The notes under the pieces are model-generated. The model had not been told where the DNA came from, did no database searches, and saw nothing but the letters and a program-made list of their open reading frames with translations. Below are positions 37,923 through 49,122 of a stretch of DNA of 64,000 bases, piece after piece (positions within the stretch are counted from its first letter, which is position 1; each line of letters opens with the position of its first letter). The DNA is from an uncultured delta proteobacterium. Its GTDB lineage: Bacteria > Desulfobacterota > RBG-13-43-22. Made by a program: the position numbers and the translations under genes. Location: assembly GCA_963790475.1 (NCBI GenBank), contig CAWBOS010000012.1, positions 32,001 to 96,000 on the forward strand. The letters run 5' to 3'.

Positions 37923-39221
37923 TATTTTATTTTCACCCAAAGCAAGCGGGCCGTTTCAGAACTGATGTTTTTCCATTCCCAGGGCATTTCCGAAGTCAGA
38001 AAGATCACCTCGCCGGAATGAAGGGTATAAATCTCTTTGGCCAGTTTGACTCGAAGCTCTCCAGACAGCAGATATCCCATCTCTTCACCTTTATGGACAA
38101 AGAAATGGGAAGAAAGGGTTTGAAAAGGAGGAATTTCAATCAAGTAAGGTTCGGCTTTGGTCTCTATATCAACCGGCGTCAGTAATTTGCCCGAAATACT
38201 CCCCTCCGGAAGCTCCGGGAATTTTACAGCTACTGCTTCCTGGGGGGTGAATACAATCCGGCTTTTGTTACCGCTTTTTTCTTGAAAGAAGGAGCTTACT
38301 TCAACTGAGAGGATCTCAGCCATCTTTAATAATCCGGGCAAGGAGGGATAAATCATATTGCTTTCCACCTGGGAGATGGTGCTGGGAGTCACCCCCACCA
38401 GCTGAGCCAGCTCTGTTTGGGACAGGCCTTTTTTCAGACGAAGTTCTTTGACCCGCTGTCCCAGGTCTATCCCCATGCCGATGCGTTTTTCCGCATCAAA
38501 AGAAACGGTCTTGTCTTTTGACCCAATAAGGGTGCGGCTTGTGTAAATTTTCCAGATCCCGCTTTTCGGCTTTAAGAATGGTCAGGGAGGTGGTTCCCCT
38601 TTTAACGGATAGATCAATAGCCACCTGGGCAATCTGGTTGATTTGGGCCCTAAAACGAGTGGTGTGGGCCTTTTTTTCCATGATCCAGTAGGCCACGGTA
38701 TTCAACTCATAAAGACGGGGGCAGGAATGGGAATAAAATTGGAGGGCCTGTTCCTCTCCCCCCCAAAGCTCAGCCATTCCGGTCAGGCTTTCAAAAACCA
38801 GACGAACGTCGCCTTTCATAGGGGCATGAAGACCGTAAAGCTTCTCCACGACGCGGTCCGTTTGCCGTGGATCTTCCACCCGGACAATCGAACAGGACGT
38901 TTCTGATCCCGATGATTCATAAAATTTCAAAAAAACCGGAGAACCGGCCCCTTTCCCAAAGGTGAAGCAGTCCAGGATGGTCAGGAGAGGATTTTCCGAA
39001 AGGGGACCCAACTTTTCCAGGAGATTACGGGGTGAGCGGTCAAAGGTCACATAAATAACCGGCTTGTCTTGGTTCTGGGAGATTTGGATAAAATTCAAAC
39101 AAAACACCGAGGCCAGGCTCCCGGCATCATCATGCCAGACAACATTATCTCCGATATAGAGCCCATCTAATAAAGAGTCCAGTTGGCCGACGCCCGAAGA
39201 AATCCGGATTTTTTCTACCAT
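37922..39221 (-). CDS. RecA/KaiC-like + XRE HTH + cupin transcriptional regulator, split by a frameshift near 38516-38519
   Basis: Removing one A from the AAAA run fuses ORFs 38496-39221 and 37922-38476 (..WVKDKTVSFDAEKRIGMGIDLG..); HTH SQTELA..STISQVE; cupin HKGEE. Confidence 0.8.
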
Positions 39222-39275
39222 GGGGATTCCCCTACTCTTTGGCCAAATGGCCGGGAGGAAAATTCGTTGTTATAA

Positions 39276-39941
39276 TTAACTAGTCCTCTTTCGATTATTT
39301 TTTGAAGATTGCATCCGCTGACGAAAAAATTCATAAATCGCCGGCATGATGGAAATAAGAATAATAGCCATGATTACCAGGGTAAAGTTTTTTTTGACCA
39401 TTGGCAGGTTCCCGAAAAAATATCCTCCAAAGATAAAAATAGCGATCCAGGCTATTCCCCCTATGACATTAAAAGAGATGAAGTGCAGGTAAGTCATTTC
39501 CCCTATTCCGGCTACAAAAGGGGCGAAGGTGCGGATAATGGGGATGAAACGGGCGAAGATAATCGTCTTGCCCCCATATTTTTCATAAAATTCATGGGTC
39601 CGCATCAGATATTCCTTTTTAAAAAAGCGGACCTTCTCCTGGTGAAATATTTTTGGCCCTACCAGGTTTCCAACCCAGTAATTGACCGTGTCACCGGCCA
39701 CGGCGGCCAGGCTGAGCAGACCGACCAACCATATCGGATCCAGGGCACCCATTGCGGCAAAGGTCCCGGCGGCAAACAGAAGGGAATCTCCGGGAAGAAT
39801 AGGAGTCACTACCAATCCGGTTTCACAAAAAATGATTACAAATAATATCAGATAAGTCCAAAGGCCGTAATCCCGGATGATGACATTCAAATGCTGATCC
39901 AGATGTAAAAAAAGGTTGATCAGGGAGGTTATCCATTCCAT
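39276..39941 (-). CDS. dedA: DedA family protein
   Basis: [33 protein letters not shown]. Confidence 0.92.
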   Translation of the reverse strand: MEWITSLINLFLHLDQHLNVIIRDYGLWTYLILFVIIFCETGLVVTPILPGDSLLFAAGTFAAMGALDPIWLVGLLSLAAVAGDTVNYWVGNLVGPKIFHQEKVRFFKKEYLMRTHEFYEKYGGKTIIFARFIPIIRTFAPFVAGIGEMTYLHFISFNVIGGIAWIAIFIFGGYFFGNLPMVKKNFTLVIMAIILISIMPAIYEFFRQRMQSSKNNRKRTS

Positions 39942-40178
39942 GGGTCCGCGAGGGATTCCTTTCCGCATTAAAATGTTTGGAACATACCATAACCGATCCG
40001 GGTATTGCAAGGTAAGTTCGCCGGTATCATATTGGAACAATATTTTTTGATTCCGATCGACCAGAGTGGTTCAAAAAAATCAAGAAGAACAATTTTGAAA
40101 GAAAGGGATCGACTACACAAAAGCGGCCTGGCCTGGTCCCGTCGACATCGGGAATAGATAGGCCGGAACCTTGATCCA

Positions 40179-41072
40179 TCAAAAAACAATACCCGCCAAA
40201 ACGGCCAACCCGGTCAGAAAATAGATCATACGGACATAAGACCCAAATTGGTCCAGTAGCTGCCAGTCCTCCGTTTTTATGACAATCCGGATGACTTTTA
40301 TCGTAATAGGGGCCGTGACTAAAAAGGTAAGGCCCCAGGTAGAAAGAACTCCATGGATGATAAGCAGGGACAGATTAAGATAAAGAATAAAGAAAAAGAG
40401 AATTAATCCCACCAAAGCGCCCTTTTTCCCAAGCCTGACAGCCAGGGTGTATTTTCCCGCCATCTCATCCGTCTTCATATCGGGCAGGCTCTGGTAAAAT
40501 AAAATCAGGGCGACCATGATCCCTACCGGGATGGAGATCAGAAGCGGCACCCAGTCCGGGTGGCCGGCAATAACCCAGTAGGTGCCTACAACCATTATAG
40601 GGCCCATGTTGATCCCGACGAAGAGTTCCCCAAGGCCGTGATAGCCGTAACGAATGGGCGGAGCTACATAAAAGTAGCTGCTGAATCCGGCGAAGAGGAT
40701 CGGTATTGCCAAAAGGTATAATTTAAATCCAAAGACAATGATCAGGGCGACCACGAGGGCCAGGGCATAGAGGCCGACGATGACCCGATACATGATCCGG
40801 GGGGCGATCTTTCCTTCTTGAATGACCCGTGAACCTCCAATGGCCTCCCCGGAATCCGCTCCCACCAGATGATCGAAATAATCATTGGCCAGGTTGGTTA
40901 TTAAATGAACCATAAAGGAACCGAGTAGCACCAGTAGAAACCGACCGGCCCGTATCTGACCTTGATGCCGGATGGCCAGGACCCATCCGATGAAAAGGGG
41001 AATGAAAGTGGCCACGTAAAAGGGTAAACGGCTGGCCTGGATCCAAGCCCTGACAAGACCTTTATTTTTCAT
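40179..41072 (-). CDS. menA: UbiA/MenA-family prenyltransferase
   Basis: NLANDYFD...D, GGSR, YGYHGLGE, PDMKTD..AGKYTLAVRLG. Confidence 0.75.
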   Translation of the reverse strand: MKNKGLVRAWIQASRLPFYVATFIPLFIGWVLAIRHQGQIRAGRFLLVLLGSFMVHLITNLANDYFDHLVGADSGEAIGGSRVIQEGKIAPRIMYRVIVGLYALALVVALIIVFGFKLYLLAIPILFAGFSSYFYVAPPIRYGYHGLGELFVGINMGPIMVVGTYWVIAGHPDWVPLLISIPVGIMVALILFYQSLPDMKTDEMAGKYTLAVRLGKKGALVGLILFFFILYLNLSLLIIHGVLSTWGLTFLVTAPITIKVIRIVIKTEDWQLLDQFGSYVRMIYFLTGLAVLAGIVF

Positions 41073-41160
41073 GGGGAAATATTTCCGAGACCCTGCCGGC
41101 CCGTTCATTTTCAGTGATGATCCTTCCCAATGGATTGGTGAGCCCTATTGGTTTTTCCAT

Positions 41161-41817
41161 TTACAACATGGTAATGTAATCCGCCCGGCACCAGGCATCG
41201 ATGATGTAATAACCCAGCCCCTGGTTGGTGGCTATGGATTCCACGAAAAAAAGCACAGCAACAGCCGTGCCCGTCCCAATACGCAGGGAGGTGAAAATCC
41301 CCGTAAGGCTTATGGGCCAGACGACATGAACATAGAAATCAAACCGACCGGCCCCGAGGGACTTAAGGGAATAGATGATCTCTTTACTGATTTTTCTGGC
41401 ACTGTCCCGGGTGGTGATCAGAAGCTGGGAAAAAACGATCATGGTCAGAAGAACAATCTTCCCCGTGTCCCCGATGCCGAAGAGTACGAAGATAATGGGC
41501 ATGAAAACAATTTTGGGAACAGGATAACCGAGATAGATAAGTGGCGCAAAAAGATTATCTAGTTTTGGATTGCTGCCCAGAATCAGACCAGCCGGAACGG
41601 CCAGGATGAAGGCCAGGGAAAGGCCGATGAGCATTCGCGATACACTGGCTTCTATATGGAGCCAAAAAAACGACTTTCCGATTTCCTTGATTCCCTGCTG
41701 AACCACCAGGAATGGGTCAGGAAGGATATTGCTGCCCCAAACCAGGGACAGGATGTACCAGAAGACGAATAGGAGGACCACTGTGACTGCATAAGTGATA
41801 ATTTTCCGACTTCTCAC
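41161..41817 (-). pseudogene. TauC/SsuC-type ABC permease, 3'-truncated
   Basis: PVPKIVFMP, SLGA, SLRIG..AVLFFVE..GLGYYI; ends before the last TM helix. Confidence 0.7.
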
Positions 41818-41851
41818 GCCCTCTCCTCCAGGATATCCCTTATTTTTGTGG

Positions 41852-42082
41852 TCAGTTCAAAGAAGGCCGGCTGGTTGCGGTATCCGACCTTGCCTGTACA
41901 TTAAGGCCCTGTTCCCTGAAAAATCCTTTTTCAGCGGCAACGAAAAGAGGAAGGGATTGAAGAACCGGAATTGTGCCGAACTGAATGGACGGCAATTTCT
42001 CGGAGGTCGAAGCATAGCCGAAGATTGAAATGAAAAACGAACAGAAGAGAGCAGTAACGGTAAAGGGTTTTAGAAATCTCAT
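41852..42082 (-). pseudogene. N-terminal fragment of an ABC substrate-binding protein joined to an unrelated tail
   Basis: Signal peptide plus LPLFVAAEKGFFREQGLNV, then an abrupt break near 41895. Confidence 0.7.
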
Positions 42083-42238
42083 GAAGATCATTCCTACCAG
42101 GGTTTGATGATAACATCTTATAAATATCATTACAATTTTCAAGCTTTGAAAATAAATTTAATAACTTTTCCTTAATAAAAAAGGCCATTTCCAATCATGG
42201 GAAATGGCCCTGAAGAATTTTATCGGTCTATCGGTTGG

Positions 42239-43117
42239 TTAGATTTCCAGCCAGGAATCGGAAAAGAGGGTTTGGCCCAGGATAACCTTGGCCGTCTTCA
42301 CATAGTCTTGCATCTCCTTGGACAAACAGCCCATTTCAAAGTTTTCCCCGTCCATGACCTTGTGAACGATATCGACGATATCCTGACGATTGCCCCGGGC
42401 GATATCCAGTATTTTTTCATCAAACGCATCCACGATACAGGAATACATACCATTACGTTCCAGCATGATCATATAGGTTTGATTCAAGATGGGCCGCAGA
42501 TGGTCCGGGGGCCCGTTGGAAACGTTGGACAATCCGCAGGTGGACTTGGCCCCCGGAGCGATGTCCTGAAGCATGCTCATAAAGGTCAGAGTGCTCATCA
42601 ATTGCTGCTGCTGGATGTTGACCGGGGTGATAATAGGATCGACAAAGATGTCTTCATTGGGAATCCCGCCTTCATTCGCGGCATACAAGAGCTCGGCGGC
42701 GAGGGCCCCGCGTTCATTTTCATCCCGGGGTAATCCTTCGGGTCCCCACAACAGGGCGATCATACAGGCCTCGTATTGTTTACAAATGGGGATCATGGCC
42801 GTATAGCGTTCCGGCCGGGCCATAATGGAATTGATAATAGCCTTGCCCTTGTGGACCTTAAGGCCGGCCTCGATGGCGTCGATGTTGGAAGTATCCAGGG
42901 CCAGGGGGATATCGGTGACCTCCTGAACGATCTTAACCACCCAGGGCATCAGTTCTGCGCCGTCTTTTCTGGCCGGTCCCAGGTTGATATCGATAAAATC
43001 CACCTTGGCGGCGGCCAGTTTCTCAGCCATCTCTCGAATGGGCTTGGGGTCTCTTTCTTTGAAGGCGCGGCCGATTCCCTTGTTGATGACATTAAGATTT
43101 TCTCCAATGGTAAGCAT
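42239..43117 (-). CDS. acsE: Methyltetrahydrofolate:corrinoid Fe-S protein methyltransferase
   Basis: IGENLN, IDINLG, LDTSN, INSI, GLSNVSNG; located in the acs cluster. Confidence 0.9.
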   Translation of the reverse strand: MLTIGENLNVINKGIGRAFKERDPKPIREMAEKLAAAKVDFIDINLGPARKDGAELMPWVVKIVQEVTDIPLALDTSNIDAIEAGLKVHKGKAIINSIMARPERYTAMIPICKQYEACMIALLWGPEGLPRDENERGALAAELLYAANEGGIPNEDIFVDPIITPVNIQQQQLMSTLTFMSMLQDIAPGAKSTCGLSNVSNGPPDHLRPILNQTYMIMLERNGMYSCIVDAFDEKILDIARGNRQDIVDIVHKVMDGENFEMGCLSKEMQDYVKTAKVILGQTLFSDSWLEI

Positions 43118-43196
43118 AGTATTCTCCTTTTAAAAGATTGTGACGAGTGACGGGTATCGAGAAAAAAACTTTTCTTCCGCTCCTTGTTCCTCGCTA

Positions 43197-44540
43197 CTAC
43201 TTAAGCTCTCTAAGAAACTTGGGAATATGGGCTGCTTCTCTGGGACCGACCTTGATCGTCCAGCCCGGCAATTCCTCTTCCAGATCCCCGGCAATAGACG
43301 CCGCATACCCGGGAATAATCAGGTTGCGATGTTTGACTTTATCAGCGATCCCGCTTTTTTTAATAAAAATCCCAACGGCGTCTCCGACGAATTTACCGGC
43401 CGCCCAGGCGGTCATGACCGACAGGCCTTCGGTATCCATGATGCACAACCAGGTGGGAATCCGGCTGCTCTCAATTTCACCGGAAACGATAAAGTAAGTG
43501 AGGGAGAAATTGGAGGTGACACAGACCGGGGAGTTTTCGTCCGGTCCATTAATCTCATAGATCCCCTGGGTCACAGTCATGGGCCGCTGCGGATCGGTAT
43601 AAATATTTAACCGTTCCAACAGAAGGGGAAAGATGGACTCGCCTTCAAAATCGGAAAAGACCACCAACCCGCCGTACTTGGCTACCATCACCGCCCCCAT
43701 CAGGGTCTCCATTTCCAGGTCCTTGGCCATTTCAAAAGGCAGGCAGATGGTGGGAAAGCCGAGGCCTTTTTCTTTTCCCGAAAGGGCCGCCCGTCGGATG
43801 GCGATTTGATCTTCAAAAACCTGTTTGATGCCCCTGGACCCGGAATCCAGGACCAGGTCCTTTAAACCGGCCTTGGTCAGATTATCGGTCAGGGCAATCA
43901 ATCCGGCCAATCCGTCCCCTTTGACGGCCAGAGGGCAACTGGCCTCTTTGGCCAAATCGGCCATGGCCTGCCAGTTATCCTTGGTTGCGGCATAGAGCAG
44001 GGGCTTCCCTCCGGGACAGGCCGCAAGACCCTCTTTCAGGACTTCAGGCTTTTCACTCATTAATATTAAACTAAAATTGCTGGTATCAAAAACCTGTTGG
44101 ACGGTCTTTTTGAATTTTCCGGCATCCCCGGTCATATCCTTAATAGCCACCATTTCAGGCCGTAAGTTCAAGCCGACCCGTTCATACTGGTAGGTGTCCC
44201 ACTTCCTGAGCTTGCCCGAGACGACATCCTGCGCCATATCAGTAGTCAGCAATGCTGCAAAACCGGTAGGATTAAAAAAGGTCTTTTCATGCCGGAACAG
44301 GACCGTCTCTCCTCCGGTCTTGACCGAATGGTCGCCGGCCCCGATAGTCAATGGGCGGATGGGCGGGGCCGAGGCCTCGGCCAGTTGTGCTTTAGCTTCC
44401 TCGGAAACATAGGGGCAGGAGGCCAGTTCGGCCTTGCCGGAAGCCAGATTCATGGCAAAGGCCAAGCAGGTCGGCACTCCGCAATCCCCGCAGTTGGTCT
44501 TGGGCAGCAGCTTGAAGATTTGAATTCCTGTTAATGCCAT
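43197..44540 (-). CDS. acsC: Corrinoid Fe-S protein large subunit
   Basis: LPKTNCGDCGVPTCLAFAM, GGETVLFRHEK, IYTDPQRP, GPREA. Confidence 0.96.
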   Translation of the reverse strand: MALTGIQIFKLLPKTNCGDCGVPTCLAFAMNLASGKAELASCPYVSEEAKAQLAEASAPPIRPLTIGAGDHSVKTGGETVLFRHEKTFFNPTGFAALLTTDMAQDVVSGKLRKWDTYQYERVGLNLRPEMVAIKDMTGDAGKFKKTVQQVFDTSNFSLILMSEKPEVLKEGLAACPGGKPLLYAATKDNWQAMADLAKEASCPLAVKGDGLAGLIALTDNLTKAGLKDLVLDSGSRGIKQVFEDQIAIRRAALSGKEKGLGFPTICLPFEMAKDLEMETLMGAVMVAKYGGLVVFSDFEGESIFPLLLERLNIYTDPQRPMTVTQGIYEINGPDENSPVCVTSNFSLTYFIVSGEIESSRIPTWLCIMDTEGLSVMTAWAAGKFVGDAVGIFIKKSGIADKVKHRNLIIPGYAASIAGDLEEELPGWTIKVGPREAAHIPKFLRELK

Positions 44541-44624
44541 GCTTATCTCCTTAATCGCATATAATATTTTTTAACGCTCTTTTTTGTTAGTGATAAGAGC
44601 GCTGTAACAATCGATTAAAAATCA

Positions 44625-44678
44625 GGTACAAGGTCCAAGGTAAACCTTAAACCTTGAACCTTGTACCTTATACCTTAT
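44625..44678. repeat. Inverted heptamer-repeat hairpin
   Basis: AGGTACA AGGTCCA AGGTAA opposite ACCTTAA ACCTTGA ACCTTGT ACCTTAT ACCTTAT. Confidence 0.7.
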
Positions 44679-44692
44679 ATCGGTTTTCGGGT

Positions 44693-46906
44693 TTATCCTA
44701 CAATCGATTCCATGGACAAGGCCGGGTGGCCTTTTTCCTGAAGCCAGGGCATGATCTCATCTTCAGTCATGCCGACAGTTTCGTCAGCGATCATGTCGAC
44801 CAGGTTGGGATAGCCCATCTCTTCACCCCGTTTAATCAATCGATCACGAAGCTCTTCTTTGAGCTGCTTGGGCATCCAGACCATACGGAGCAGACCGCCG
44901 TCCCCGACGATAAATTTCCTTTGGGTGATGTTATACTTGCTGTGGCCAACAAAACCGGGCGAAGAGGCCCCGCCGCCCATGACGCCGGCCAGGGTGGTGA
45001 ACTTCATCCCCGAGGGGGTCATGCCCGTATAATCCCTGTTGACAGTCATAACTCCGTTACAGGTCGGTAGAACGGCCGCAATACATTCGCAGCAGCCGCA
45101 GGTAGTCATGGGATCATAGACCAGGCTGTAGAAGTTATAACCTTCCACCTTTTGGCGGGAGGCTTTATAGACGAAATCATTGACCCCTTTCCATTGGCCC
45201 AGCTTGGGATCCAGACACTCCCCTTTTTGGACCGGCTGGTTTGGCCCGGTGGGATTGATCTCAAAAGAGGCCTTGCAGTCCATCCAGTTATAGGCCCCGC
45301 AAAGGCCGGTCCGCTCCGGGCTGACCATACAGACATGGTTGGGGGCGAAGGACTGGCACAGAGTGCAGGAATAATAGGTTTCCACACTCTCGTCGGTCAT
45401 CTTCTCCACCCGCTCATCACGGGTCCGGTAAATCGCCCGTGCCTTCTTGGTCAATTTATCCACATCTTCCTTTTTGGTATATAAGGTCACCTGGACCTTA
45501 TCGAGAATGGCCCCGAAATCCTGATGAAATTTGGCATGGAGGATGACCCCGATATCTTTCAGGGTGAATCCTTTCTGGATTGCCGGTTCACCTACGCGGA
45601 CCCAGGCGATATCTCTCTGCCCGATGTGCATGACACCCTGGGCATAGTTGATCAGGTGATGGATCTGTCGCTCCAGGATCGGTTCAAAATCTTCCTGGAA
45701 CTGACGGCCGGCTACCTGGACCAGGATACCCAAAGGCAGGCGATCCCCTTTTTTGATATCGCCCACATCCGGACCGACGACCTCCACCTTACCGTCTTCG
45801 ATGGCGTTCATATCGGCCATTTGGACCAGCTCGGTAGCTTGGGTCTTCCCACCGCCCATCTCCAGGTACAGGTCCTCTTTGCGGACCCGTTCCCCTTCAA
45901 AAGCCGGACCATAGGCCAGGGGGATGTCAATACTGCTTACTGTGACCTTGAGGCCCCGGATCTCGATGGATCTTTGGGGCATTTCTCTATGACCAACATT
46001 GGCCACCACGTGTTCGTAGGTGCAGACCCCGGTCGGCAGAATTTCAGGGATGTCCGTATCGGCGATGGTCGGGAAGCCCCAGTTCACGCAACCGGCGGCA
46101 TTGGCCGCCCATTCGGCTCCGACATCGCCCAAGGCGTTGACAAAGGCAAAGATACGATCCTTGTTGTATAACAACATTTTTTTATAATCGCCTGGTTTGA
46201 TCCCACCGAAGGCCATGGCCGCCCGGTTGGCAAATCCCAGGGCGAAGACGGCGGCCGAAATGTCCGGCCCAAAGGGGACCAGACGGGTATTCCAGCCGAT
46301 CTGAACCCCGGCTTCCAAAAGCTGTTCGGAAAAAGTGGTGCCGTTCTGGTTGGCACACATGAAGACATAGAGGTTCTTTTTCTGATATTCCTCGGCGATC
46401 CACTTGGCCGTTTCCGGATCCGGGGCCGCTCCGACGATGGCGGCAAACCCGGGGGCCGTACCATCGACGAATTCTACCCCCCGTTTTCGGAAGACAGTAT
46501 CCTCGGCTGCACCCAGCCAGATCTTGCCGGAGGCCTCATCGATATCCTCACTGACCAAATAGAAATTGGGATCTTCGAGATAGCGGATGACTTCCGAGAT
46601 CTCCTCGGCAAAAAGGGTGGCCATCCCGGCATCAAGTAAGGGCCCCAAGTAGGGTAAGTGATACATATTCTTGACGTGGGCCGGAAGGAGTTTTCTGGCT
46701 ACCTCCATGGGTTTCTTGGCATCTCCCAGGGTTTTTACCGGAATCCCCAAAATGGAATAGATGATCGGCAGATAATAAGCGGTATTGGGAAACTCGATCT
46801 TCTGATCCGGCCCGTATTTGTCCAGGGCCTTTTTCAAAGTGCCCTCCCCTTTAGAAACGATATTGTATGCGCCCTGAATGGCGGCAAAAGCAACTAACTT
46901 AGACAT
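44693..46906 (-). CDS. acsB: Acetyl-CoA synthase
   Basis: FPNTAYYLP, YSCTLCQSFAPNHVC, GLCGA, PMTTCGCCEC. Confidence 0.97.
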   Translation of the reverse strand: MSKLVAFAAIQGAYNIVSKGEGTLKKALDKYGPDQKIEFPNTAYYLPIIYSILGIPVKTLGDAKKPMEVARKLLPAHVKNMYHLPYLGPLLDAGMATLFAEEISEVIRYLEDPNFYLVSEDIDEASGKIWLGAAEDTVFRKRGVEFVDGTAPGFAAIVGAAPDPETAKWIAEEYQKKNLYVFMCANQNGTTFSEQLLEAGVQIGWNTRLVPFGPDISAAVFALGFANRAAMAFGGIKPGDYKKMLLYNKDRIFAFVNALGDVGAEWAANAAGCVNWGFPTIADTDIPEILPTGVCTYEHVVANVGHREMPQRSIEIRGLKVTVSSIDIPLAYGPAFEGERVRKEDLYLEMGGGKTQATELVQMADMNAIEDGKVEVVGPDVGDIKKGDRLPLGILVQVAGRQFQEDFEPILERQIHHLINYAQGVMHIGQRDIAWVRVGEPAIQKGFTLKDIGVILHAKFHQDFGAILDKVQVTLYTKKEDVDKLTKKARAIYRTRDERVEKMTDESVETYYSCTLCQSFAPNHVCMVSPERTGLCGAYNWMDCKASFEINPTGPNQPVQKGECLDPKLGQWKGVNDFVYKASRQKVEGYNFYSLVYDPMTTCGCCECIAAVLPTCNGVMTVNRDYTGMTPSGMKFTTLAGVMGGGASSPGFVGHSKYNITQRKFIVGDGGLLRMVWMPKQLKEELRDRLIKRGEEMGYPNLVDMIADETVGMTEDEIMPWLQEKGHPALSMESIVG

Positions 46907-46948
46907 GGAACAAGTTCCTCCTTTCTTAAGAGGTCATTTAAATATAAA

Positions 46949-48991
46949 TTAAACCGCTTCCAGCTTCTGCCGGTCGGCCATATCCATAAGCACACGCTCC
47001 CGGGCCTTATCAATCCCCAGGGCCTTGCGTTTGGCGTCAATGTGGGCAATCATCCTGTGGGCCATTTCATAGGGGTCTTCAACCAGATCCCATTTGCCGC
47101 CCAAGACATTTTCCATCCCGCTGAATAAATAATCTTTGAAGACCGGAGATCCTTCCACCGGCAAAGTAACCCCAAAGACCGTATAGACTCCGGAAGCCAC
47201 AAAATATTGACCAATGGAAATGGCCTTTTCACTCATCCATTCCGGGGCGCACCCGGCGGCCGGCAGATCGCTGATGTCATTCCCCAAGCCCCCGGCCTTG
47301 ACCACTTCGGTGGCGGCCATCAGTATCCGGCTGTTATCCACGCAGGAGCCCATGTGCAATACCGGTGGGATACCCACAGTCTCGCAGACTTCGGCCAGTC
47401 CAGGGCCACAAAAGACCTTGGCCGATTCAGGAGAGAGTAATCCGGCCTTGCCGCAGGCCATGGCGTTACAACCTGTGGTCAGGACGATGACATCGTTTTT
47501 CAAAAGTTCCTTGACGACAATTAAATGAGCGCTATCGTGCATGGTCCGGGCATTATTGCAGCCCACCACACCACCGATGCCGCGGATACGGCCATTAATG
47601 ATGTTATCATTTAACGGCGTATACGACCCCCGGAATGTTCCTCCCAAATGGTAGTTGATGGCCTCATAACTGAATCCGACCACCATCTTTTCTTTTTCCT
47701 TGGGGATCAGCACCTCGGCTCTTCGATTGGGGAAGTTATCCACAGCGGTCTTGACGATCCGTTTGGCATCTTCCAGGGCATGATGCTCGTCAAACTGGAT
47801 ATGAACCGTATCCCCGGACTTCATCTTGGCCCGGGTGTTGGTGGTGATCATCTTGGTATGGTAGCAGGTAGCGACATTGGCCAGATTTTCCATGATGCAT
47901 TGGACATCGACCACCATGGCATCCACGGCCCCGGTGATGATAGCCAGTTCCTGCTGTAAATAATTACCGGCGATGGGCATACCATGACGGACCAGAATCT
48001 CGTTGGCCGTACAGCACATCCCGGCCAGGACAATGCCTTTGGCCCCTTTGGAGGCGGCATACTGAAGCATCTCCGGGTCCTGAGAGGCTACCACGATCAT
48101 CTCGGAAAGGAGGGGCTCATGACCATGGACAATGATATTGACGTGGTCTTTCTTCAAAACCCCCAGATTGATTTCCCCCTGGATCGGATAGGGGGTCCCA
48201 AAGAGGACATCCTGCATATCCGTGGCGATCATGGAACCGCCCCAACCATCGGCCAAAGCCGCCCGGGAGCCTTGTTTCATCAGGTTTTCATAGTCCTGAT
48301 CCACCCCCATGTGGGTGCGGTGCATGATCTCGACGATCTCCCGGTCAATGCCCCTGGGAACGATATCTAATTTTTTCCAAAGGTCATAGCGTGCCTTGGG
48401 GGCCCGTTTGGCATAATAAATCTCGCCTTCCTGCTTGCCCCATTCTGCCAAAGCCTTTTCGCCGACTTCAGCAGCGATATCATAAATATCGCGGTCTTTT
48501 TCTTCGCCATCGACGGTAACGGTTGTGGCGACATTAAAATCCACTGCAATTTCTTTTAATTTATTCTCATCCTTAATGGCATAATCATGAGTTTGTTTGC
48601 GGGCTGCAGCCAGAAAAACCTCGGCCACGCCCCGGCCGTGATCGGAGTGGGCGGCAGCGCCGGCGGCGATCATGCGGACAAAATTTCGGGCGGCAATGGT
48701 TTCCGGGGTGGCCCCACAAAGGCCCATGCGGTTATCCTTCCCCTCCAAATCTTTCTTGGTCAGGGGCAGGCGGCAAGGGCCCTGGGAACAATTTTTACAA
48801 CAGGTCCCCTGAATCCCTATGTTACAGGGTTTCATGGTTTCGGCCCGGTCAAAGATCGTTTCCACCCCATCCTTCTGGGCTTTATAAAGCATCTGTATGG
48901 TGGCCGAATCAACGCTCTTGTCTTCGGGTTTGATTTTTTTCTTTTCTTTTTCCACAACCTTCAAAGTCTCTTTGGCTTCTTCTGATGCCAT
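46949..48991 (-). CDS. cooS: Anaerobic CO dehydrogenase catalytic subunit
   Basis: CCKNCSQGPC, AHSDH, HGHEP, GMCCT, VDVQC, GCNN, GSCVDN, EKA. Confidence 0.97.
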   Translation of the reverse strand: MASEEAKETLKVVEKEKKKIKPEDKSVDSATIQMLYKAQKDGVETIFDRAETMKPCNIGIQGTCCKNCSQGPCRLPLTKKDLEGKDNRMGLCGATPETIAARNFVRMIAAGAAAHSDHGRGVAEVFLAAARKQTHDYAIKDENKLKEIAVDFNVATTVTVDGEEKDRDIYDIAAEVGEKALAEWGKQEGEIYYAKRAPKARYDLWKKLDIVPRGIDREIVEIMHRTHMGVDQDYENLMKQGSRAALADGWGGSMIATDMQDVLFGTPYPIQGEINLGVLKKDHVNIIVHGHEPLLSEMIVVASQDPEMLQYAASKGAKGIVLAGMCCTANEILVRHGMPIAGNYLQQELAIITGAVDAMVVDVQCIMENLANVATCYHTKMITTNTRAKMKSGDTVHIQFDEHHALEDAKRIVKTAVDNFPNRRAEVLIPKEKEKMVVGFSYEAINYHLGGTFRGSYTPLNDNIINGRIRGIGGVVGCNNARTMHDSAHLIVVKELLKNDVIVLTTGCNAMACGKAGLLSPESAKVFCGPGLAEVCETVGIPPVLHMGSCVDNSRILMAATEVVKAGGLGNDISDLPAAGCAPEWMSEKAISIGQYFVASGVYTVFGVTLPVEGSPVFKDYLFSGMENVLGGKWDLVEDPYEMAHRMIAHIDAKRKALGIDKARERVLMDMADRQKLEAV

Positions 48992-49122
48992 GGTTATTCC
49001 TCCTTGTTCTACCAGCCTTTTCAGGCTGCATTAAGGTCTCTGGTTAAATGCCCCGTGGGGCTTATAGGCTATAAGGTTATTAGTTAAATGATTTCCTTTG
49101 GCTATTGCCTGTTGCTTATTTT

